Origin: Candidatus Omnitrophota bacterium | Lineage (GTDB): Bacteria > Omnitrophota > Gorgyraeia > 2-01-FULL-45-10 | DNA: 51,591 nucleotides | NCBI GenBank assembly: GCA_028748925.1 | Contig: JAQTPE010000002.1 | Span: 1 to 51,591 of the forward strand | Reading direction: 5' to 3' | In this document: positions 47,140 to 51,591 of the stretch, piece by piece | Position numbering within the stretch: the first letter of the stretch is position 1 | How the letters are laid out: each line of letters begins with the position of its first letter | Notes under the pieces: generated by a model | Databases searched by the model: none | What the model saw: the letters and a program-made list of their open reading frames with translations, nothing else | Told to the model about the DNA's origin: nothing | Program-made: the position numbers and the translations under genes

Positions 47140-50100
47140 TAGGTTATATAGGCGACAGGGAAGCTCAGGGCATATTGCTTAAGAGCCTTTCAAGATTAGA
47201 GTATAGAGGCTACGACTCCGCCGGCCTTGCCGTTATTAAAGGCAAGAAGATGGGCTTAGTCAAAAAGAAGGGCAAGCTCGGTATTCTCGCCGCGGATCTT
47301 AAGGCAGAGCCTCTTAAAGGCTCGACAGGTATAGGGCATTGTCTTACCGCAGATACGCTTGTTTATTTGGCGGATGGCAGAATAGTGCCAATAGCAAGCA
47401 TTCGGGATGGGCAAGAAGTCTATGCGTTTAATATAGAAAACTTTCATCTGGAACCCGCAAAAGTAAAAGTATTACAACACGTTTCTCCGGAGCATCTATA
47501 TCAGTTGCATACATCATTTGCTACAATAAAGTGTACAGGGAACCATAAGATGTTTGTTGTTTCAAACGGTAAAGTGGTAGAGAAAAAAGCAGAAGCATTA
47601 AGGGCCGGCGATGAGTTAATTATTCCGAAAATTACCCAAACAAACGGAAGAGGTATCCGGTTTAAAAAAATATTTGCCAAAAGATATGCAAAAATGACGC
47701 CAATAGCAAACCGGCTGATTAGAGATAGCATAAAACAGCAGGAGCTGTCTGTTCCTCAATGTGCGGTCTTGTCAGGCATGAGTGAGGCATATATTGGACA
47801 CGTTATTAACAATGATCGTAATTTTAGGGAAGACCGGATTGACGATTTGCTTAGCGCGCTTTCTCTCGAACTTAAACCAAGATATTTTATACCGCAGAAT
47901 ACAATCCATGGTAAGTATATTAACCTACCCGAACAAAGCTCTCCGGATTTAATGAGAATCATAGGCTATTTGTTAGGAGATGGCACTGTAAAAGAAAGAT
48001 GTATTAGGTTCAAGGATGCCGACGAGGCTGTCTTACATTTTTATAATGGCCTGATTAAAAAGGTATTTAATGTTAAGGGCAGAGTAGTTTCTTTAAAAGA
48101 GGCTAATGCGTGGCTTCTAGAGGTGAATAGTTTATATTTATGCGAATGGTTGAGAACCAATGTTGTGACAAGGCAAAACGAATTTTTAAGCACTCTTGGA
48201 CAGGTGTCAAAAGAAGAGGCCGCGGCCTTTTTAATGGGTATTTTTGACGCAGAAGGGTGTGTTCATACCAAATCCGGCCAGATAAGTTTAAGGCTAACCA
48301 ATGAAACTATTGTAAAAATATCCCAGATTCTTTTGTTAAGCCTCGGAATAACTGCATCTTTTTATACAGAAAAGAAAAGAGTAAAAAATTGGAACAATTC
48401 TCACGGCATTTTTATAAGCAACGTCAGGTCATTTAAGATTTTTAAGTCACTGATTGGATTTCGTTCTTCCATAAAATATGAAAAACTCCTAATTTTGGCG
48501 TCGAGAAAAAGCGGGAAGAGCAAGGAAGGACAGGAAGATTCAAACATTATTCGGCGGCCTATTTTAGATATTAAAAAAATAAGATCAGACGAGACCATTC
48601 TATTTGATTTAGAAGTAGAGCATTCAAGCGCTAGTTTTGTCGCAAACGGAATAGTTTCTCATAATAGTCGGTGGGCCACTCATGGTGTGCCCAGCGATAT
48701 AAACGCGCATCCGCATCTTGACTGCAAAGGTAAAATAGCGGTAGCGCATAACGGTATCGTGGAAAATTATCTGGAATTAAAGAAAAGGCTGCAAAAAGAG
48801 GGCCATAAATTTGTCTCGGAGACAGACACCGAAGTAATAGCGCATCTGATCGAGAAGTTTTACTCGGGCAACATAGCCGAAGCCGTGCGTAAGGCCGTAA
48901 AGGTTCTGCGCGGTTCTTACGCGATAGCCGTTATCCATAGAGATGAGCCATCGAAACTGGTAGGCGCCAGATGCGATTCACCTTTGATAGTCGGTATAGG
49001 GCGCGGCGAAAACTTTCTCGCCAGCGACGTCCCCGCCGTTCTCGACCATACCAAAGAAGTCATATATCTCGATAATCACGAGATCGTCGTGCTCACCAAA
49101 GAGAATATCATTATCAAGGATCTTGAAGGCCGCAGAGTAGACAGAAAGCCGTCGAAGATAACCTGGGATATAAGCCGGGCTGAAAAAGACGGCTATAAGC
49201 ATTTCATGTTAAAGGAGATATTCGAGCAGTCGCATATAATAGGCAATATAATCGATGAGCGGTGTAAAGGCGACAGGATATCCTTCGAAGAGCTCAAGAT
49301 AAGCGACGGCGAGTTGAAGAAGATTAAAAGAATAGTCATAGCCGCCTGCGGTACCGCTTATCATGCGGGGCTTACCGGAAAGTATATGCTCGAGGAATAC
49401 GCCAGGATCCCTTGCTGGGTAGACGTCTCGAGCGAATTCAGATACCGCGATCCTCTTGTGGGCAGGGATACTCTCATGATAGTGATATCTCAGTCGGGCG
49501 AGACGGCCGATACGCTTGCCGCGCTCAGGGAGGCGAAGAGGCATGGCGCAAAAATCCTGGCCATCTGTAATGTTCTCGGCAGCTCCATTGCGAGAGAATC
49601 CGACGGAGTTATATACACACATGCGGGCCCGGAGATAGCGGTTGCTTCGACCAAAGCCTATACCGCGCAGTTGGCGGTATTTTATCTTTTAACTCTCTAT
49701 CTTGCAAACTTGAGGAAAACTGTCGCGCGGGCAAAACTTAAAACTCTCCTGAAAGAACTGAGGCGTGTTCCTGGGCTTATGGAGGAGTTGTTGGTCGAAT
49801 ACGAACCGGAATATAATCTGCTTGCGGCGTATGCCGAGGGATTTAAAAAATATTATCATGAAAAACATAATAAGACTTTCTTCCTGTATCTGGCGAGAAA
49901 TATAAATTATCCAAACGCTCTCGAAGGCGCCCTTAAATTAAAGGAGATAGCGTATATCAGCGCGGAGGGTTATCCCGCGGGAGAGATGAAACACGGGCCG
50001 ATAGCTTTGATCGACGAGAATCCCTGGGTGGTGTGCATAGCCGTCAAAAGCGGGACCTATGACAAGATGATATCGAATATCCAGGAGATAAAGGCGCGTA

Positions 50101-50312
50101 ACGGTATCGTTATCGCCATATCTACCGAGGGTGACAAAGAGATATTGCATCACAACATAAACTATCTGATAGAGATACCCAGGGTCGACGAATTCTTCTC
50201 ACCGCTATTGGTGGCGATACCCTTGCAATTATTGGCGTATTACGTTGCGCGCGCATTCGGATATGATATCGACCAGCCGCGCAATCTGGCAAAGTCTGTA
50301 ACCGTAGAATAA
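47127..50312 (+). CDS. glmS: Glutamine--fructose-6-phosphate aminotransferase, interrupted by an in-frame intein
   Basis: MCGIVGYIG (Ntn Cys), GIGH|intein|SRWATHG, two SIS domains (GTAYHAG, ISQSGETADT), and the C-terminal PRNLAKSVTVE. Confidence 0.95.
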   Translation: MCGIVGYIGDREAQGILLKSLSRLEYRGYDSAGLAVIKGKKMGLVKKKGKLGILAADLKAEPLKGSTGIGHCLTADTLVYLADGRIVPIASIRDGQEVYAFNIENFHLEPAKVKVLQHVSPEHLYQLHTSFATIKCTGNHKMFVVSNGKVVEKKAEALRAGDELIIPKITQTNGRGIRFKKIFAKRYAKMTPIANRLIRDSIKQQELSVPQCAVLSGMSEAYIGHVINNDRNFREDRIDDLLSALSLELKPRYFIPQNTIHGKYINLPEQSSPDLMRIIGYLLGDGTVKERCIRFKDADEAVLHFYNGLIKKVFNVKGRVVSLKEANAWLLEVNSLYLCEWLRTNVVTRQNEFLSTLGQVSKEEAAAFLMGIFDAEGCVHTKSGQISLRLTNETIVKISQILLLSLGITASFYTEKKRVKNWNNSHGIFISNVRSFKIFKSLIGFRSSIKYEKLLILASRKSGKSKEGQEDSNIIRRPILDIKKIRSDETILFDLEVEHSSASFVANGIVSHNSRWATHGVPSDINAHPHLDCKGKIAVAHNGIVENYLELKKRLQKEGHKFVSETDTEVIAHLIEKFYSGNIAEAVRKAVKVLRGSYAIAVIHRDEPSKLVGARCDSPLIVGIGRGENFLASDVPAVLDHTKEVIYLDNHEIVVLTKENIIIKDLEGRRVDRKPSKITWDISRAEKDGYKHFMLKEIFEQSHIIGNIIDERCKGDRISFEELKISDGELKKIKRIVIAACGTAYHAGLTGKYMLEEYARIPCWVDVSSEFRYRDPLVGRDTLMIVISQSGETADTLAALREAKRHGAKILAICNVLGSSIARESDGVIYTHAGPEIAVASTKAYTAQLAVFYLLTLYLANLRKTVARAKLKTLLKELRRVPGLMEELLVEYEPEYNLLAAYAEGFKKYYHEKHNKTFFLYLARNINYPNALEGALKLKEIAYISAEGYPAGEMKHGPIALIDENPWVVCIAVKSGTYDKMISNIQEIKARNGIVIAISTEGDKEILHHNINYLIEIPRVDEFFSPLLVAIPLQLLAYYVARAFGYDIDQPRNLAKSVTVE
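47340..48665 (+). mobile_element. GlmS intein (442 aa) with double LAGLIDADG endonuclease domain
   Basis: Starts CLTADTLVYLADGRIVPI. Block B is CTGNHKMF. LAGLIDADG motifs are IIGYLLGDGTV and FLMGIFDAEGCV. Ends FDLEVEHSSASFVANGIVSHN, followed by a +1 Ser. Removing it restores GIGH-SRWATHG. 16/60 G+C on the line at 48361, against 32/60 in the extein (49441). Confidence 0.9.
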
Positions 50313-50313
50313 T

Positions 50314-50976
50314 ATGCCCGGAACTTTATATGTAGTAGCCACGCCTATCGGAAATCTCGAGGACATCACTCTGCGCGCGATAGATACACTCAAAGCCGTA
50401 GATATGATCGCCGCCGAAGATACCCGCCACACTAATATCCTGCTGGAAAGATACGGCATCAAGAAGAGTATGACCAGTTACTTTGAATACAATAAGATAC
50501 AGAAGGGGGATTATCTGCTCAGGCTCTTGAGCGAAGGTAGCTCCATCGCTCTTGTGTCGGACGCAGGCACGCCGGGAATATCCGACCCCGGTTATAACAT
50601 CATAAAACTCTGCATAGATAATAATATACCGGTAGTGCCCATACCCGGGCCATCGGGGATAATCGCGGCCCTTACCATTTCCGGCAAGCCTACGAATGAG
50701 TTCACGTTCGCCGGCTTCTTGTCGCCAAAGCCTATAAAGAGAAAGAACGAACTAAAAAAATTATACGATGAGAAGAGAACCATCGTCCTGTATGAATCCG
50801 TGCACAGAATAGAGAGGCTTTTGAATGATATTTTAGAGGTGTGCGGTGATACGGAAGTCGTTGTGGCAAGAGAAGTTACGAAAAAATTTGAGGAGATAAG
50901 GCGCGAGAAGGTAAGCGCGTCTATAGAACACTTTAAAGCGCATAAGCCTAAAGGCGAGTTCATAGTTATAATTTAA
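50314..50976 (+). CDS. rsmI: 16S rRNA (cytidine1402-2'-O)-methyltransferase
   Basis: GTLYVVATPIGNLEDITLRAIDTLKAVDMIAAEDTRHT...SDAGTPGISDPG is the RsmI (tetrapyrrole-methylase fold) signature. Confidence 0.85.
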   Translation: MPGTLYVVATPIGNLEDITLRAIDTLKAVDMIAAEDTRHTNILLERYGIKKSMTSYFEYNKIQKGDYLLRLLSEGSSIALVSDAGTPGISDPGYNIIKLCIDNNIPVVPIPGPSGIIAALTISGKPTNEFTFAGFLSPKPIKRKNELKKLYDEKRTIVLYESVHRIERLLNDILEVCGDTEVVVAREVTKKFEEIRREKVSASIEHFKAHKPKGEFIVII

Positions 50977-50980
50977 AACC

Positions 50981-51009
50981 TTGACAAAAAGGATGCTTTG
51001 TGGTAACAT
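50981..51009 (+). promoter_or_regulatory. Sigma70-like promoter for the pyrR leader
   Basis: TTGACA (50981..50986), 17-nt spacer, TGG-TAACAT (extended -10; hexamer 51004..51009). Confidence 0.5.
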
Positions 51010-51030
51010 TCCATCATAACAGCAACCTTT

Positions 51031-51060
51031 TAAAGCCGGAACAGAGAGTCCGGGAAAGGA
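51031..51060 (+). promoter_or_regulatory. PyrR-binding RNA hairpin (pyr attenuator binding loop)
   Basis: UUUAAAG-CCGGA-ACAGAGAG-UCCGG-GAAAGGA: a stem (51036..51040/51049..51053) presenting a CAGAGAG loop. It resembles the conserved ..UCCAGAGAGG.. PyrR binding loop and lies directly upstream of a terminator and of pyrR. Confidence 0.5.
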
Positions 51061-51079
51061 TAAAAGATGAAAAAGACGG

Positions 51080-51111
51080 CCCACTTATCTGTTCTGATAT
51101 GTGGGTTTTTT
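51080..51111 (+). terminator. Intrinsic terminator/attenuator in the pyrR leader
   Basis: CCCAC-T-TATC tgttct GATA-T-GTGGG followed by TTTTTT (51106..51111). Confidence 0.45.
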
Positions 51112-51169
51112 GTTTGTCCGGATATACTATACAAGAATGTTTTGCGGGAAGATCCAAAAAGGACGGCTT

Positions 51170-51591
51170 ATGAAAATTAAAGACAAGACAAGGATCCTGG
51201 ACAAAGATTCGATAGAGAAAGCCTTAAGGCGGATGGCCCATGAAATTATAGAGAATACCAGGGCGACAGACGATACGGTATTGATCGGCATAAAGAACAG
51301 AGGCGCTTATATAGCCGAAAAACTTGCGGATTATGTAAAGGAGATCTCAGGGCATCGTCCTCCCGTGGGAGCTCTCGATATCACTCTATACAGAGATGAT
51401 CTTACTCAGGCGTTCGAGCAGCCCGTTGTCCACTCTACGGAGATAACATTTGATATCGAGAATAAAAGAATAGTGCTTGTAGACGACGTTCTCTTCACAG
51501 GCAGAACCATTCGATGCGCGCTCGACGCATTGATAGACTTTGGCAGGCCAAGACTTATACAGCTGGCGGTACTTGTTGACAGAGGCCACAG
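51170..51591 (+). CDS. pyrR: Bifunctional pyr operon regulator / uracil phosphoribosyltransferase PyrR (3' end beyond the window)
   Basis: Own translation: MKIKDKTRILDKDSIEKALRRMAHEIIENTRATDDTVLIGIKNRGAYIAEKLADYV...ITLYRDDL...IVLVDDVLFTGRTIRCALDALIDFGRP. The PRPP-binding motif VLVDDVLFTGRT and the overall PyrR pattern are present. Confidence 0.9.
   Translation, partial: MKIKDKTRILDKDSIEKALRRMAHEIIENTRATDDTVLIGIKNRGAYIAEKLADYVKEISGHRPPVGALDITLYRDDLTQAFEQPVVHSTEITFDIENKRIVLVDDVLFTGRTIRCALDALIDFGRPRLIQLAVLVDRGH

Noticed and set aside
51067-51180. 37-codon ORF (MKKTAHLSVLICGFFVCPD...) in the pyrR leader as a possible leader peptide or small membrane protein.
   Set aside because: It spans the terminator hairpin and overlaps the pyrR start out of frame. 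PyrR attenuators work by protein-RNA binding, not leader translation. It has no SD.

Overview
This 51.6-kb window is a gene-dense bacterial chromosome segment centred on the replication origin.

**Block 1 (1-16.6 kb).** A minus-strand surface-glycan operon. It encodes:
- a Wzx-like flippase, three GT2 enzymes and a split Alg14/Alg13-type transferase;
- a DegT aminotransferase, a FemAB-like transferase, a WbuX-type N-acetyl-sugar amidotransferase and a DUF354 protein;
- two paralogous uncharacterised ~400-aa proteins;
- a strikingly AT-rich radical-SAM plus nucleotidyltransferase cassette.

One SPASM radical-SAM gene is transcribed divergently from the operon.

**Block 2 (16.6-33.5 kb).** Minus-strand housekeeping genes, listed by increasing coordinate: rarA, a ~167-nt rod-like sRNA candidate bounded by its own promoter and terminator, pheT-pheS, rplT-rpmI-infC-thrS, and a tRNA-Cys/Val/Leu cluster. 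A free-standing LAGLIDADG endonuclease gene sits between tRNA-Val and tRNA-Leu. The block continues with a pilin-like gene, split coaB/coaC, rpoZ, gmk, yicC, ndk, parB-parA and yidC-yidD-rnpA-rpmH.

**Block 3 (33.5-51.6 kb).** Plus-strand dnaA-dnaN-DUF721-gyrB-gyrA, tRNA-Glu, two unusual glycosyltransferase-like genes (one a methyltransferase-exostosin/GT47-like fusion), nagA-glmS, rsmI, and the pyrR leader with the 5' part of pyrR.

The strand switch at rpmH/dnaA, together with DnaA boxes, marks oriC. gyrB and glmS each carry a full-length intein, HNH-type and LAGLIDADG-type respectively. I saw no rRNA, CRISPR array, transposase, integrase or recognisable defence or toxin genes.

**Most novel-looking items:**
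- a three-arm alternative-helix element that can sequester the gyrB ribosome-binding site;
- the rod-like sRNA candidate;
- the homing endonuclease inside the tRNA cluster;
- the low-GC radical-SAM/nucleotidyltransferase cassette and the paralogous unknown proteins in the glycan operon;
- a conserved ATAGT-repeat/TTGATAGTG motif found in three spacers;
- the bacterial GT47-like fusion.

Lineage cannot be fixed from the sequence alone. The trimmed PheT and ThrRS architectures and the prepilin-like protein suggest an uncultivated, possibly PVC/Omnitrophota-like, bacterium; this is inference only. All family assignments come from motif recognition by eye. No database search was run.
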